Shown here in pieces: positions 17,918 to 29,248 of a DNA stretch of 64,000 bases. Origin of the DNA: Woeseiaceae bacterium (GTDB lineage: Bacteria; Pseudomonadota; Gammaproteobacteria; Steroidobacterales; Woeseiaceae). The notes below the pieces were generated by a model that made no database searches, was not told the DNA's origin, and saw only the letters and a program-made list of their open reading frames with translations. Position 1 is the stretch's first letter. The number at the start of each line of letters is the position of its first letter. The stretch lies in the NCBI GenBank assembly GCA_013043165.1, contig JABDOQ010000069.1, positions 12,827 to 76,826 on the forward strand. The letters are read 5' to 3'. The translations under genes were made by a program, and so were the position numbers.

Positions 17918-18655
17918 ATGCCTCGAACAAGACTTCACATTGCCGGAACGTACTCCGCCGAATCCATTCTCGAACTCGATGCCGACAAAGCTCGTTACCT
18001 CGGTCGCGTGCTGCGACGGCGTGTTGGAGACAGCCTGCTGATTTTTGACGGAGAAGGTAACGAGTACGCTGCGACGATCGGCGACATTGGCAAGACCAGC
18101 GCAACACTGCATGTCGGTAGCAGAGTAGCGAGCGAAACTGAAACGCGTCTGCGCGTACACCTTGTGCAAGGTATCTCACGCGGTGAGCGTATGGACTTCG
18201 TTGTACAAAAAGCCACCGAACTCGGCGTCAAGCGAATTACGCCAGTCCTGGCCGAGTACGGAGTCGTCAGACTCGACGCGAAGCGCGCGGAAAAGCGCCG
18301 CGATCACTGGCAAAAAGTTGCGGTCAGTGCCTGCGAGCAGTCCGGGAGGGTGCGCTTGCCGCTGGTCGATGCACCTGTTTCCCTCAAGACCTGGTTGGGC
18401 AACAAGCCCGGCCAGGTTGACGCGGAACTCGTCCTGAAGCCGGGCGCGGCAACGCCGCTAGCCCGAATTCAAGCACCCGAAACCAAGGTTTGCGTATTGA
18501 TCGGCCCCGAAGGCGGTTTCAGCGACACCGAATATGAAGATGCCGATATAGCCGGCTTTCAGCCTGTCTCCCTGGGTCCCAGGGTGTTGCGCACCGAAAC
18601 AGCGGCCATCGCTGCACTGGCGATACTGCAATCGCTGTGGGGTGACCTGCGCTAG
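17918..18655 (+). CDS. rsmE: 16S rRNA (uracil1498-N3)-methyltransferase
   Basis: RsmE family layout, with a PUA-like N-terminus (RVLRRRVGDSLLIFDGEG) and C-terminal LIGPEGGFSDTE. Confidence 0.88.
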   Translation: MPRTRLHIAGTYSAESILELDADKARYLGRVLRRRVGDSLLIFDGEGNEYAATIGDIGKTSATLHVGSRVASETETRLRVHLVQGISRGERMDFVVQKATELGVKRITPVLAEYGVVRLDAKRAEKRRDHWQKVAVSACEQSGRVRLPLVDAPVSLKTWLGNKPGQVDAELVLKPGAATPLARIQAPETKVCVLIGPEGGFSDTEYEDADIAGFQPVSLGPRVLRTETAAIAALAILQSLWGDLR

Positions 18656-18682
18656 TCAGGAATCGCGTTATCGCTGTTCCGA

Positions 18683-19153
18683 TCAGGCCTGCAAAGATTC
18701 CCGCGAGAGCATGTCCTCGAGCTTTTCGAGGTCCGGTATCAACGGGAATTCGTTGATCATGCGCACGCGACAAAGCACGGGGGCATCATCGGGCCAGCCT
18801 TCTTTGGCCTCGAATTTGAGCACATCCTTGTTTACCCGCACGAGTTGCGGAAAGCCCTGCGTCAAGACGCCAAAATAACCGGTCTTGAGTTGCCCGGTGC
18901 TGGCGTAGAAAACGACGATTCGGGTGCGGCCCGTTGCGACGGGCACTTCCTTGCCCAGCGCGCCCTCGAATGACACGACGGGTAACGGGCGGCCATTCCA
19001 GTTGACGTTGCCCAGCATCCAGTCATGCGCGCCAGCTTCATGTTCGGGCGTGCTGAAACGGACAACCTCCGCGACACACGCGCGCGGCACGATCAGGCGG
19101 TCCCCGGATAGAGGCACGAGCAGGCTGTAGAGTTCTTCGGCTGCGGCACTCAC
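18683..19153 (-). CDS. chpC: CheW-like coupling protein (ChpC-like)
   Basis: Single CheW domain ([36 protein letters not shown]). The GTG start overlaps the chpA stop (GTGA). Confidence 0.8.
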   Translation of the reverse strand: MSAAAEELYSLLVPLSGDRLIVPRACVAEVVRFSTPEHEAGAHDWMLGNVNWNGRPLPVVSFEGALGKEVPVATGRTRIVVFYASTGQLKTGYFGVLTQGFPQLVRVNKDVLKFEAKEGWPDDAPVLCRVRMINEFPLIPDLEKLEDMLSRESLQA

Positions 19154-22100
19154 GTCAGTTCTATGCCTCGATCTTCAAGTTGACGACGAATGGCCTCGAG
19201 TAGCTGCGAGTCCTGATAGGGCTTACCGACGTAGTCATTGACGCCCAGCTCGATTGCGCGCGCACGGTGTTTGTCGCCGACTCGCGAAGTAATCATGATG
19301 ATAGGAACATCTGAAACACGATCGTCGTTGCGTACGTGCGAAGCAAACTCGTAACCGTCCATGCGCGGCATCTCTATGTCGAGCAGAATGATATCCGGCT
19401 TGTGATCCTGCATGACACGGATAGCATCCAGGCCATCTTTGGCAGTCTCGACGCGCAGGCCGTGCCGGTGCAGGAAGCGTTCTGTTACGCGTCGTACCGT
19501 GATTGAATCATCGACGACGAGTGCAAGTGGTCGATCATCGCTCGGCGTCGGTGCAGCTTTCTTGAGTTCGACGACGGGCGCGCCGGTACGGACCAGTGCA
19601 TTGATATCGAGAATCAGGATAATTCGCCCGTCACCCAGGATCGTCGCACCGGACACACCACGAATTCCTGCCAGCTGCGGCCCGACCGCCTTCACGACAA
19701 CCTCGCGGCTGGCCAGCATCTCGTCCACCAGCAGTGCAGCTGAGTATTCGCCGGCCCGAACCAGGATTACCGGAATTGCCGCTTCTTCCTGAGGCAATTT
19801 GGCCGCCTGTCCGCCCAGGTACATGCCAAGATGGCGGAACTTGTATTCCTGCTCGCCGTAAAGGTAGCTCGGCTCGCTTTGACCCAGGAGGTTCTCGAGG
19901 TCGGCGCGCGGTATGCGCGCCACGCCTTCGACTGTTGGCAGCGGCAGCGCATAGACCTCCTCGCCGGTACGCACGATAAGCGCCTGCGTGATTGCCAAAG
20001 TGAACGGCAAACGCACCGTGAAATTGGTGCCCTGGCCCGTGACGGACGAGATGCGCAGGCTGCCGCCGAGTTTCTTCACCTCGTTGGCGACAACATCCAT
20101 CCCGACACCGCGGCCGGCCGACTGCGTCACAGCCGCTGCCGTCGTGAAACCGGGCGTCAATATCAGCGCCATGATCTCTTCGTCGGTTATCTGGGTGTCC
20201 GGCTTGAGCATGTCCAGTTCAAACGCTTTGCGACGTATGGCGTCGACATCGAGTCCCCGGCCATCGTCCGCTACGTCGATGACCATCTCGGCGCCTTCGC
20301 GGTGCAAACGAATCGTAATCCGGCCCATCCCCGGCTTGCCGCCAGCCTGGCGTTCAGCGGGATCCTCGATGCCGTGGACGACCGCATTTCGCAGCATGTG
20401 CTCAAACGGTGGCAACATCTTGTCCAGCACCTGCCGGTCGAGTTCGCCCGACGCGCCTTCGACAGCCAGTTCAGCTCGTTTACCGACCTCCTGCGCCGCC
20501 TGTCGCACAAGTCGCGTCAATCGCGGCACGTGCCGTTCGAACGGTACCATGCGTGTTCGCATGAGACCGTCCTGCAACTCCGCCGTAACACGAGACTGTT
20601 GAACCAGCAACCCTTCCGCCTCGCTCGTGACCGATTGCAGCAGATCCTTGAGGCTGCCGAGATCGCTCGCCGATTCGGCCAGCGCGCGGGACAGCTGCTG
20701 AATATTTGAATACCGGTCGAGTTCAAGCGGATCGAAATCCCGCGCGACCAGCGTGTCCTGATGGCCATGCATGATTTGGGCTTCGGTTTCGATTTCCAGC
20801 TTGCGGAGCTGCTCGCGCAATCGCGAGATCGTCTGTTCGAGTTCATCGACGTGAAACTCGAATGAACTGACCTGCTGGTTCAGGCGCGAATGGTAAATAC
20901 TGATTTCACCAGCCGCATTCAACAGGTCCTCGAGCAGGTCGGCATCGACCCGCGCAAATTCCTGCCGCTGCTCAGGCGGCCGCAGGTCAGCGGTCGCTTT
21001 TGCAGCGCGTTCCGGCTCGGCTTCGAACTCTGGTTCGGGCTCGGGCTGTTGCTCCAGTTCCGGTTCTGGCGCTGGCTCGAGCTCCGATTCGGGCTCTGGC
21101 TCTGGTGCAGGCTCTGGCTCTGGCTCTGGCTCTGGTGCAGGCTCGGGCTCTGGTTCGGGCTCTGCTTCAGGCTCTGGCTCTGGTTCGGGCTCTGGCTCTG
21201 CTTCAGGCTCGGGCTCGGGTTCACCTGCCGGCTCCCCGATGAGCGGCGCTTCCGCTTCCTTCCGCTTGTCGATTTCCGCAAGTTCGTCAGCCAGGGGTGA
21301 ATCGACGATGACCATGCTCACAGTGTCTTCAGGTTCGATCGTGAAAGCTGCCGATGGCGCTTCCTGCACGTTCGTGTCGTCGAGCGACACCTCGACCTCG
21401 GCCTCGTCCGCAACTTCGAACCCGGCATTCGCCTGCTGAATACGCTGTACAAGTTCGATCGCCGCCCTGACCGGCTTGCCCGCGATCACCATGTCGCGCA
21501 TTCGATGCAGCTCATCGACGCTGCGTTGCAGCAGGTCCTCGATGGCAGGCGTGGCTTTGACTCGTCCATCATCAATCGACATCAACAGCGTCTCGAGCTC
21601 GTGGCTCAAATCGCCCATGGCCGTGATACCGGCCATGCGCGCTCCACCCTTGAGCGTATGCAAGTGACGCTTGAGCTCGTCCATCGGCTGAGCTGACCGC
21701 TCCCGCACCCAGCTGATCAGCGCTTTATCTGCCGATTCGAGCAGCTCGGCCGACTCTTCCGTAAATATCGACGCGATTTCGGCATCGTACTCGGGCTCAT
21801 TGGTAACGACTTCGGTAACCGGGACCGGCTGTGCAACAGGTATCGGGGCTGCGTCAGGCTCGCGCACCGGCGTCTTGCCGGGAAGTACTGAATCCGCAAG
21901 CGCCGTAAGTTGTTCGATCAATGCGCTGTAGTCAGCCCGTTCTCGATCGGGGTTATTGATATCTTTGACAATGGTCGCAATGGCGTTTGCACCTGCCTGC
22001 AATGCCGCAAGACCCGATCGCTGAAAGCCCGCTTTATGGTCATAGACGCGTCGAACGAAACGGTTCAGAGACGACGCTACGGCTACGCCACGGTCGACGT

Positions 22101-24627
22101 TCGCCATATTGGCACTGCCGTGCAGCGTATGGCACGCGCGATGTAGTTTGTCGGTCACATCAAACGGCGGATCGTAACCTTCGCAAGCCGACAGATAGTC
22201 CGTAATAACTTTCAGGTGCCCGGCCGTCTCTTTCGAAAAAATGTCGTAGAGAACCGGGTCCATTTCGAGGGCGGGCTCTGTTCTCTGCGGCGCCGCCTTG
22301 TCGGGCTCGCGAAGAGTCAGCACGGCCGCATTGGGATCGCCTTCAGCGAATGCGTTGGCTCGCGCCATCAGCAGGCTTATATCCACTTCGGGCTCGGTTC
22401 CGATTTCCAGTTGCTCAACCAGCTCGGGGACGGCCGCCGATGCCTGCAAAATGAAGTCCACCATGGGCGGTGTTCGCGCCAGGGTACGATTGATCAGTCG
22501 ATTGAGCAGGTTCTCTACTGACCAGCAATATTCTCCGATGCGCTCCGCACCGACCATGCGGCCACTGCCCTTGAGGGTATGAAATGAGCGCCGCGCCGTG
22601 ATGAGCGTTTCCATGTCGTCCGGTGAACTGGCCCACAGAGGTAAATTGCGCTTTATCGACGCAATCTCTTCCTTCGCCTCCTCAATGAAGAGCTCAAGCA
22701 GTTCCGGATCCATGTGTTCAGCATCCGGCGCAACGACCGGCAGCGGCATGACCTCGGTCGCCTGCATTCCCTCTTTTTCTGCCAGCAGAGCTCGTTCCGC
22801 CTCCGCCTGGATCGCCGCCGCTGACATCTTCATGGTCTGGCTCGCTGCCACGCCTTCCTCAGGAATCGCCTGCAGCATGCGTTGCTCAACATCGCGCAGC
22901 ACAGCGAGACACGCTTCGGCGTTGTCGAGCATATACCAGGGCTCGCTTCGACCTGCTTTGACGGTCTCCATGTAGTATTCGATGCTGACTATCGCGTCAG
23001 CCAGCCGGTCCGTCTCGCGTTGCGTCAGTTGCGCCGGACCGCCACTGTTCAGCATCGCGGTGACCAGGCTGCCGATACGCTCGACAACCTCCATGGCGCG
23101 CGGCTTGCCCAACATAAGCAGGCCCGCTTTTATACCCCGGATGAGCGTCGGCACGCTGTCCAGCCCTTGCGACGGCGCCTCCGCCGCAAAGCTCTGACTT
23201 ATCGTTTCCTTGATGCGGGCGAGGTTGATGATGCACTCTCGCATCACGGACTCGGCGACCTGCCGGAATTCCTCGTCCTGCCCACCTGGCTCAGCAGCAG
23301 ACCCTTTGTCGTCAGCATCCTGCGGCACGGTAAGTCGCAGCAGCTGCTGGTCAAGCCGGTCTTCAACTCGCAGTAACGTGGATGCGATATCCAGAATAAT
23401 CTGGTCGTTTGCGACACCACCGCGTTCGACGACACCTTTCAGACGTTCAATCTCGTCGTCGATGTCGCCGCGGAGTTCGCCAAGACCAAGCACGCCGAGC
23501 GTGTCGCTGATTTTCTTCAAGAGTTCGAGTTGCGGCACCAGCTCGGATGACTTGTTCATGCCCGTCCGAACAAAAATATCGAGCACGTCTTTCACACGCC
23601 CCAGATCTTCCTTGATGGCCGAACCCACCGTTTGCATGAGTTTGGCACTCGGCGCCGAGAGCGCCTCACGCGCGCTTTCAACCTGCTCGTCACCCGGCAG
23701 CAACTCAGCGAGGTTGAATGCCGCGCGAATCTCGCTAATGCGCTCGCCGGCATTACTGGAGCGCGCCACGTAATAGAGCAGGTTGTTCAGTAAATCATCG
23801 ACCGGGTGCTTGTCGTAAGCCGGCAAACCTTCATCGATGACGTACTTGAGCTGTCTGTCTGTCTGGCCCAGCAGGCGCTTGATCGAAATCGATGTTTCCA
23901 GGCCACCGTTTTGCAGTGACTCGAGGACACCGCCGACGACCCACCAAAGCTGATACATGTCGTCGCGTGTGGACGAATGCTCGAGAGCGGCGGCGACCTT
24001 GCCGAGCGTCTGCAGGTCCCGCTGGTTATCGCCGCCCTTAATCCAACCGAGCAGCGCAAGCTGAAATTTCGGCCGCAGCCGCTTTGCAACAACAACCGGA
24101 TCCTCGCCGCTGCTTTCGCGGTCCACGATTTTTTTCCCGCTGCGGCTCGGCGACAGATTGAGCAGCAACAGCGTCCCTTCAGACAACAGCGGCTCACCCC
24201 GTGCCGCACGCAGATCGTTGAGCATGGGCAGCAGCACCAGCGCAATGTCACGGCCACCGCCGAGCAGCCTTTCGACGTATATCGGCAGCTGCACCATCGA
24301 TCGCGTCAGGGCCTCGAGTCCGTCTTCGCGCCCCTTGCCCGCACGCAGGCTTGCGAGGTACTTGCAGGCCAGTTCCATCTCCTCGACGAGAAGCGCCGCA
24401 CCGTAGGTTTCGGCTATCTGCAGTGCGCCGCGGGCCTCGTGCAGCAACTCGCCGGCGCGCGTCAGCGCGGCGGTCCCACCACGGCCATCGACACAATCCT
24501 CGAGCGCAAGATGTGCGTTGCGAATTGTCTCCATGAGCTCGGTGCTGATAATCACAAGCGCACGAACGGCGCCCTGGCCGCTGTCGTCGCCGATTATTTG
24601 CTCATGAATGCCCGTGTCGCCCGTCAT
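19150..24627 (-). CDS. chpA: ChpA hybrid histidine kinase of the Pil-Chp chemosensory system (multi-Hpt, CheA core, CheW domain, C-terminal receiver)
   Basis: At least three canonical Hpt motifs ([36 protein letters not shown]). Kinase N/G boxes [21 protein letters not shown] and GRGVGMDVV. Also a CheW-like domain and a receiver ([24 protein letters not shown]). 1825 aa. Confidence 0.93.
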   Translation of the reverse strand: MTGDTGIHEQIIGDDSGQGAVRALVIISTELMETIRNAHLALEDCVDGRGGTAALTRAGELLHEARGALQIAETYGAALLVEEMELACKYLASLRAGKGREDGLEALTRSMVQLPIYVERLLGGGRDIALVLLPMLNDLRAARGEPLLSEGTLLLLNLSPSRSGKKIVDRESSGEDPVVVAKRLRPKFQLALLGWIKGGDNQRDLQTLGKVAAALEHSSTRDDMYQLWWVVGGVLESLQNGGLETSISIKRLLGQTDRQLKYVIDEGLPAYDKHPVDDLLNNLLYYVARSSNAGERISEIRAAFNLAELLPGDEQVESAREALSAPSAKLMQTVGSAIKEDLGRVKDVLDIFVRTGMNKSSELVPQLELLKKISDTLGVLGLGELRGDIDDEIERLKGVVERGGVANDQIILDIASTLLRVEDRLDQQLLRLTVPQDADDKGSAAEPGGQDEEFRQVAESVMRECIINLARIKETISQSFAAEAPSQGLDSVPTLIRGIKAGLLMLGKPRAMEVVERIGSLVTAMLNSGGPAQLTQRETDRLADAIVSIEYYMETVKAGRSEPWYMLDNAEACLAVLRDVEQRMLQAIPEEGVAASQTMKMSAAAIQAEAERALLAEKEGMQATEVMPLPVVAPDAEHMDPELLELFIEEAKEEIASIKRNLPLWASSPDDMETLITARRSFHTLKGSGRMVGAERIGEYCWSVENLLNRLINRTLARTPPMVDFILQASAAVPELVEQLEIGTEPEVDISLLMARANAFAEGDPNAAVLTLREPDKAAPQRTEPALEMDPVLYDIFSKETAGHLKVITDYLSACEGYDPPFDVTDKLHRACHTLHGSANMANVDRGVAVASSLNRFVRRVYDHKAGFQRSGLAALQAGANAIATIVKDINNPDRERADYSALIEQLTALADSVLPGKTPVREPDAAPIPVAQPVPVTEVVTNEPEYDAEIASIFTEESAELLESADKALISWVRERSAQPMDELKRHLHTLKGGARMAGITAMGDLSHELETLLMSIDDGRVKATPAIEDLLQRSVDELHRMRDMVIAGKPVRAAIELVQRIQQANAGFEVADEAEVEVSLDDTNVQEAPSAAFTIEPEDTVSMVIVDSPLADELAEIDKRKEAEAPLIGEPAGEPEPEPEAEPEPEPEPEPEAEPEPEPEPAPEPEPEPEPAPEPEPESELEPAPEPELEQQPEPEPEFEAEPERAAKATADLRPPEQRQEFARVDADLLEDLLNAAGEISIYHSRLNQQVSSFEFHVDELEQTISRLREQLRKLEIETEAQIMHGHQDTLVARDFDPLELDRYSNIQQLSRALAESASDLGSLKDLLQSVTSEAEGLLVQQSRVTAELQDGLMRTRMVPFERHVPRLTRLVRQAAQEVGKRAELAVEGASGELDRQVLDKMLPPFEHMLRNAVVHGIEDPAERQAGGKPGMGRITIRLHREGAEMVIDVADDGRGLDVDAIRRKAFELDMLKPDTQITDEEIMALILTPGFTTAAAVTQSAGRGVGMDVVANEVKKLGGSLRISSVTGQGTNFTVRLPFTLAITQALIVRTGEEVYALPLPTVEGVARIPRADLENLLGQSEPSYLYGEQEYKFRHLGMYLGGQAAKLPQEEAAIPVILVRAGEYSAALLVDEMLASREVVVKAVGPQLAGIRGVSGATILGDGRIILILDINALVRTGAPVVELKKAAPTPSDDRPLALVVDDSITVRRVTERFLHRHGLRVETAKDGLDAIRVMQDHKPDIILLDIEMPRMDGYEFASHVRNDDRVSDVPIIMITSRVGDKHRARAIELGVNDYVGKPYQDSQLLEAIRRQLEDRGIELT
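21012..21236. repeat. Degenerate tandem hexanucleotide (GGCTCT/GGTTCG) repeat encoding the Pro-Glu (EPEPEP) linker of ChpA
   Basis: About 225 nt of GGCTCTGGCTCTGGTGCAGGCTC and GGTTCGGGCTCTG(GCTCTG)CTTCAGGCTC units. These translate to [56 protein letters not shown]. Confidence 0.9.
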
Positions 24628-24670
24628 TTAGTCGTCCGTGTCACTCGCGAAAGCCCGCAGTCGATTCGCT

Positions 24671-26659
24671 CTATCCTGTTTTCGCCCGCGGTTTCGGCGG
24701 TGCTGCCGGCGGTGGCGCTGCGTTGGAGGTTGTCCGCGCCAGCGCACTCGCCTGCATCATTTCGGCCGGCAGCGTGAAGCCTTCAACGGTTTTTCTGAGC
24801 TGCGTTGCGAGTTCGGAAAGCTTCGAAATAGAATTTGCTGTCGCCGTCGTTGCCTGCCCTGTCTGGTCGCCAATCTCACGAAGTCGCGTTGTCCGTCGTG
24901 TGACGTCAGCTGCTGACCCCGCTTGTTGCCGCGCGGAACTGGAAATATTCTGGACAAGGCTCGCAATCTGATTGGATACCTGCTCGATTTCATCGAGCGC
25001 CGCGCCGGCATTCTCGGCAAGCAGCGCCCCGCCAACTACGTCTGTCGTACTGCGCTCCATCGAAACAACGGCCTCGTTGGTATCCGACTGAATTGTGCGT
25101 ACGAGCACTTCTATTTGTTTGGTTGCGTTGGTCGAACGCTCGGCAAGTCGTTGCACTTCGTCGGCGACGACAGCAAAGCCTCGCCCTGCCTCGCCCGCCA
25201 TCGATGCCTGGATCGACGCATTGAGAGCAAGAATGTTTGTCTGTTCGGCGATGTCGTTGATCAGCTCGACGATATTGCCAATCTCCTGGGAACTCTCACC
25301 TAGCCGCTTGATGCGTTTCGATGTTTCCTGAATTGTCTCGCGAATAGCATTCATGCCGTCGATCGTGCGGCGCACGGCCTCGCCGCCCTTGTGCGCGACT
25401 TCTACCGAGTGGCGCGCCACGTCGGACGAGCGTTCTGCGTTGCCCGAAACTTCCTCGATCGAGGCCGCCATCGAGACTATAGATTCTGTGGCAGCGTTGA
25501 TCTCCTTCGCCTGGTTGTCCGTCGCCCTGGCAAGATGAGCCGCTGTGTTTTCCGTTTGCTTGGTGGCGGTATCCACCATGAGCGCTGTGTTGTTCACGGT
25601 CGCCACGAGCTTGCGCAGTTCTTCAATAGCAAAATTGAAGGAGTCTGCGATGGTTCCCGTGATGTCCTCGGTCACCGTTGCCTCCACGGTCAGGTCGCCA
25701 TCAGCAAGGCTGCCCATTTCATCGAGCAGGCGGAGAATGGCCTGCTGGTTGCGTTCATTCTGCTCCGCCTGTTCTTTGGCCGCCCTCTCGAACACCGATG
25801 CCTTGGAGTGCAGGACCAGTAGCCCGCCGAGCAGTAACAACGCCAGCGCCACGGCAGCTATCGGTATCCAGTACAGATAAAGAAAGCCGGGCAACAGACT
25901 ATCGCCAGTCGATGAATCAAATGCGTAGCCGAGTAACGTAGCAGCGCTGGCGCCGAGCTCCGTCTGCATTGCTGCAAGATCACCGACCTGGTTCAGGCCT
26001 GCCGACAGCTTTGCCGTCTGTTCCTCGAGGCTCGTCAGGTTACTGCCGATCGGTACCAGTGCGGCTTCGCGCCCCTCGTTGTCCAGGGGACGAATATCGA
26101 GATCGGACTGCTCCCCCGCCAGCGCGCTCGCGACCTCGCGCAAAAACGCGACGTCAGCGGCGATGACACTTGCGGCATCGGCCGGCAACAGTGCCGCCGT
26201 GTCGCGAATCCGAGCCGCGCGCTGCTGGAACTCCTGGATGATTGCCGTGGAACCCGTGCGATCGAGAAGCTCGTTCGAACCCTCCAAAATGGCGACCGCA
26301 TCAACACCGGCCTGGTTGGCCGCGCCGCGCACGGCCTCTATGTCGCTGCGCTTGCCGAGTATCGCCTCGGCACGTGATACCAGTTGCTGCCAGTCCGAGG
26401 AGCGACCAGGTGCGCCGCCGCGGCGCAGCGAAGCAACCTTATTGACACTCGAATCGAGCTGGTCGAATGCAGCGGAATCGCCGGCAAGGGCGCGCGACGC
26501 CTGTGCCGGTATTGCCTGTGACAGTGCCGCCAGCTCTGTAGCAGAAGAGCCATCTCGGCCGGACTGCAGGAAAATCAAGGCTGCTGCCAAAACCAGCAAA
26601 AAAGCGATTGAGGACGCGATCGTTCTGAACGCAGAGGAATTTTCAGTCTTGATGGCCAT
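24671..26659 (-). CDS. pilJ: Methyl-accepting chemotaxis protein of the Pil-Chp system
   Basis: N-terminal TM plus periplasmic domain, a second TM, HAMP, and the MCP signalling hairpin [38 protein letters not shown]. Position matches the pilGHIJ order. Confidence 0.9.
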   Translation of the reverse strand: MAIKTENSSAFRTIASSIAFLLVLAAALIFLQSGRDGSSATELAALSQAIPAQASRALAGDSAAFDQLDSSVNKVASLRRGGAPGRSSDWQQLVSRAEAILGKRSDIEAVRGAANQAGVDAVAILEGSNELLDRTGSTAIIQEFQQRAARIRDTAALLPADAASVIAADVAFLREVASALAGEQSDLDIRPLDNEGREAALVPIGSNLTSLEEQTAKLSAGLNQVGDLAAMQTELGASAATLLGYAFDSSTGDSLLPGFLYLYWIPIAAVALALLLLGGLLVLHSKASVFERAAKEQAEQNERNQQAILRLLDEMGSLADGDLTVEATVTEDITGTIADSFNFAIEELRKLVATVNNTALMVDTATKQTENTAAHLARATDNQAKEINAATESIVSMAASIEEVSGNAERSSDVARHSVEVAHKGGEAVRRTIDGMNAIRETIQETSKRIKRLGESSQEIGNIVELINDIAEQTNILALNASIQASMAGEAGRGFAVVADEVQRLAERSTNATKQIEVLVRTIQSDTNEAVVSMERSTTDVVGGALLAENAGAALDEIEQVSNQIASLVQNISSSARQQAGSAADVTRRTTRLREIGDQTGQATTATANSISKLSELATQLRKTVEGFTLPAEMMQASALARTTSNAAPPPAAPPKPRAKTG

Positions 26660-26673
26660 AGTTTCCTGGACCC

Positions 26674-27237
26674 TTATTCCGCAGCTGCCTGCAGAAACAT
26701 TTTGCTTTCAACCAATTTGAATAGATTAAATACCGGCCAGAGGTCATCACCCCTTCGATACGTTCCACCCAGAAAACCGTCGCAACGCACGATTGTTTTG
26801 GCGGCTTCCTGCGACAACTCATGATCCATAAAACGCCGAAACCCAAGCACCTCATCAACGACCAGTCCGGCCGGTACTTCGCGGTGATTGACGGAGATGA
26901 CGCGAGTTGTGCGCCTGAGCGTCGTTCGGCCACTGCCCAACAGCAACTTTACGTCAATGAGCGGCAACAGATGTCCGCGCAGGTTGGCAATTCCCAGCAA
27001 CCAGCGCGTGGCGCCAGGCACCCGCGTTATGGCATCGGGCAACATCAACACCTCCCGCACCTGCTCGCGACTTGCCACAAACTGCTCCTCGCCGATACGA
27101 AAGCCAACGCCAACCCACTCACTCGGCAACGAACCGGCTCCGTGACCGGCATGTGACGCACGGCTGCGGTTTTCCATTTCCTGCAGCAACGCGAAAGGTT
27201 GCTCTACTAACGCCGCGAGATCAGCGGAATTACTCAT
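26674..27237 (-). CDS. pilI: CheW-like protein PilI
   Basis: CheW domain ([41 protein letters not shown]). Lies between pilH and pilJ. Confidence 0.85.
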   Translation of the reverse strand: MSNSADLAALVEQPFALLQEMENRSRASHAGHGAGSLPSEWVGVGFRIGEEQFVASREQVREVLMLPDAITRVPGATRWLLGIANLRGHLLPLIDVKLLLGSGRTTLRRTTRVISVNHREVPAGLVVDEVLGFRRFMDHELSQEAAKTIVRCDGFLGGTYRRGDDLWPVFNLFKLVESKMFLQAAAE

Positions 27238-27603
27238 CTAGCCTGCCATCACCGCGTTGATCGTCGCGACAAGCTGTTTGTCCGCTACTGGCTTTACGAC
27301 GTACTCAACCGCACCCTGCCGCATGCCCCAGATCTTGTCCGTTTCCTGATCTTTCGACGTGATGATTATGATCGGGATATCGGCGGTTTGAGGATCCCGC
27401 GTCAATTTCCGGGTCGCCTGGAAACCATTCATGCCCGGCATGACAACATCCATCAGGATGCAGTCGGGACGTGCCGCACGCGCCGCTTTCAGACCTTCTT
27501 CACCGCTATCGGCAACCAGCGTCTCGAAACCTGCTTTCTCCAGCATGTTCTGAAACAAGTGCAGTTCAGTGGGCGAATCATCAATGATGAGAACAACGGC
27601 CAT
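27238..27603 (-). CDS. pilH: Single-domain response regulator PilH
   Basis: CheY-like receiver (VLIIDDSPTE..ILMDVVMPGMNGF..IIIITSK). Its position matches pilH. Confidence 0.88.
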   Translation of the reverse strand: MAVVLIIDDSPTELHLFQNMLEKAGFETLVADSGEEGLKAARAARPDCILMDVVMPGMNGFQATRKLTRDPQTADIPIIIITSKDQETDKIWGMRQGAVEYVVKPVADKQLVATINAVMAG

Positions 27604-27614
27604 ACTCGGATTTC

Positions 27615-28007
27615 CTAGTTAATCTGGTTGGATATAGCGCCAAGCAGTTCGTCCTTGGTGAACGGCTTGGTCAGGTACTGTTCCGAGCCGACAATGCGCC
27701 CGCGCGCGCGATCAAACAATCCGTCCTTGCTCGACAGCATGATCACGGGTGTTTCCCTGAATACCTTGTTGTGCTTGATCAGGGAGCAGGTTTCGTAGCC
27801 GTCGAGTCGCGGCATCATGATGTCAACGAATATGAGGTCGGGCTGGTGATCGGCAATCTTCGACAATGCGTCGAATCCATCGATAGCCGTGAACACCTGG
27901 CAACCCTCTTTGGTCAATAGTGTTTCGGCCGTTCGGCGAATGGTCTTGCTGTCGTCCACGACAAGAATTTTGAGTCCGCTCAAGGAGCGGGATGCATTAC
28001 TTGACAC
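27615..28007 (-). CDS. pilG: Single-domain response regulator PilG
   Basis: CheY-like receiver (ILVVDDSKTIRR..IFVDIMMPRLDGY..VIMLSSKDG), divergent from gshB as in P. aeruginosa. Confidence 0.88.
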   Translation of the reverse strand: MSSNASRSLSGLKILVVDDSKTIRRTAETLLTKEGCQVFTAIDGFDALSKIADHQPDLIFVDIMMPRLDGYETCSLIKHNKVFRETPVIMLSSKDGLFDRARGRIVGSEQYLTKPFTKDELLGAISNQIN

Positions 28008-28166
28008 CGAATTTCCCCACGATCAAAACCGACTTTTACCATATTGACATAAGTCCCGCTACGACGCTCGCCACGATACGCAAAATCGTCCGAAATCGGG
28101 TGCTTACGGGGCTTTTCGCTGTATAGTTGGCCGCCTCGCGCTGAAAGCTTTGAAGTTCAGGAAACA

Positions 28167-29123
28167 ATGGCTGCAACCGCACTCAAAATCGGCATTGTGA
28201 TGGACCCGATCGGCTCCATCGTCCCAAAGAAAGACAGTTCTTTTGCGATGCTGCTCGAGGCAAAGCGCCGTTCTGCCGAAATCCATTACTTCGAGCAACG
28301 CGATCTCAGCATGCTTCAAGGCAAGGCCTGTGGTCGCTCGAGGCGACTCGACGTCGTGGACGACCATGACGCCTGGTTTGAGCTGGGCGAAGCCCGGGAG
28401 ATCGAGCTGGGCGAGCTTGACGCCATACTCATGCGTAAGGACCCTCCGTTCGACATGGAGTACGTCTATACCACGTACATTCTGGATCGCGCGAAGCTGG
28501 CTGGCGCACTGGTTGTCAATGATCCCCGGGCACTCAGGGACATGAATGAAAAGGCTTACACGGCCTGGTTTCCCGAGTGCACGCCCGTGACGCTGATAAC
28601 TCGCTCCATGGGCGAAATGAAGTCCTTTCTTGCAGATCATGGCCGAATCGTCGTCAAACCGCTTGACGGCATGGGTGGTCGCTCAATATTTGTCGTGAAA
28701 AAAGGCGATAACAACGCCAACGTGATATTCGAAACCCTGACCGACTATGGCCGGCGCTTCGCCATGGCGCAGGTCTTCATCCCGGAGATCAGTCTTGGCG
28801 ACAAGCGCATTCTCCTGATTGACGGAACTCCTGTACCACATGCACTCGCGCGCATCCCCTCGGGCGATGACAACCGCGGCAATATCGTCGCCGGCGCATC
28901 CACCAAGGGTCAGGATCTTTCCGATAATGACCGCGCGATCTGTGATCAGGTGGGTCCGGTGCTGCGGGATGCCGGCGTGCTGTTTGCCGGCATCGATGTC
29001 ATTGGCGATCTCCTGACCGAAGTCAACGTGACGAGCCCAACGGGCATTCGGGAGCTCGACCGCATGTTCGACCTCAATATCGCCGGCACGCTGTTCGACG
29101 CGATCGAGAACAAACTCGGATGA
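28167..29123 (+). CDS. gshB: Glutathione synthetase
   Basis: LKIGIVMDPIGSIVPKKDSSFAMLLEA, VVKPLDGMGGRSIF and an ATP-grasp C-terminus (TEVNVTSPTGIRE). 318 aa. Confidence 0.93.
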   Translation: MAATALKIGIVMDPIGSIVPKKDSSFAMLLEAKRRSAEIHYFEQRDLSMLQGKACGRSRRLDVVDDHDAWFELGEAREIELGELDAILMRKDPPFDMEYVYTTYILDRAKLAGALVVNDPRALRDMNEKAYTAWFPECTPVTLITRSMGEMKSFLADHGRIVVKPLDGMGGRSIFVVKKGDNNANVIFETLTDYGRRFAMAQVFIPEISLGDKRILLIDGTPVPHALARIPSGDDNRGNIVAGASTKGQDLSDNDRAICDQVGPVLRDAGVLFAGIDVIGDLLTEVNVTSPTGIRELDRMFDLNIAGTLFDAIENKLG

Positions 29124-29248
29124 GCTTTATGCCGGTCGCCGATCCGGCGAGCGGTGACCTGGGTCTCAGTCCTCCTCCGGCCGGGCAATTACACTGACCA
29201 TCCATGGCTGTTTGCTTGTCAGTGTGAACAAAAAAGCGGAACATTCTC

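Noticed and set aside
20890-21300. Regularly spaced short repeats (GGCTCTGG...) that might look like a CRISPR array, plus ORFs encoding WLWLWL / ALALAL peptides
   Set aside because: The unit length is 6 nt with no unique spacers. The repeats lie inside chpA and are in frame with it, encoding its EPEPEP linker. The W/L and A/L ORFs are alternative-frame artefacts of that repeat.
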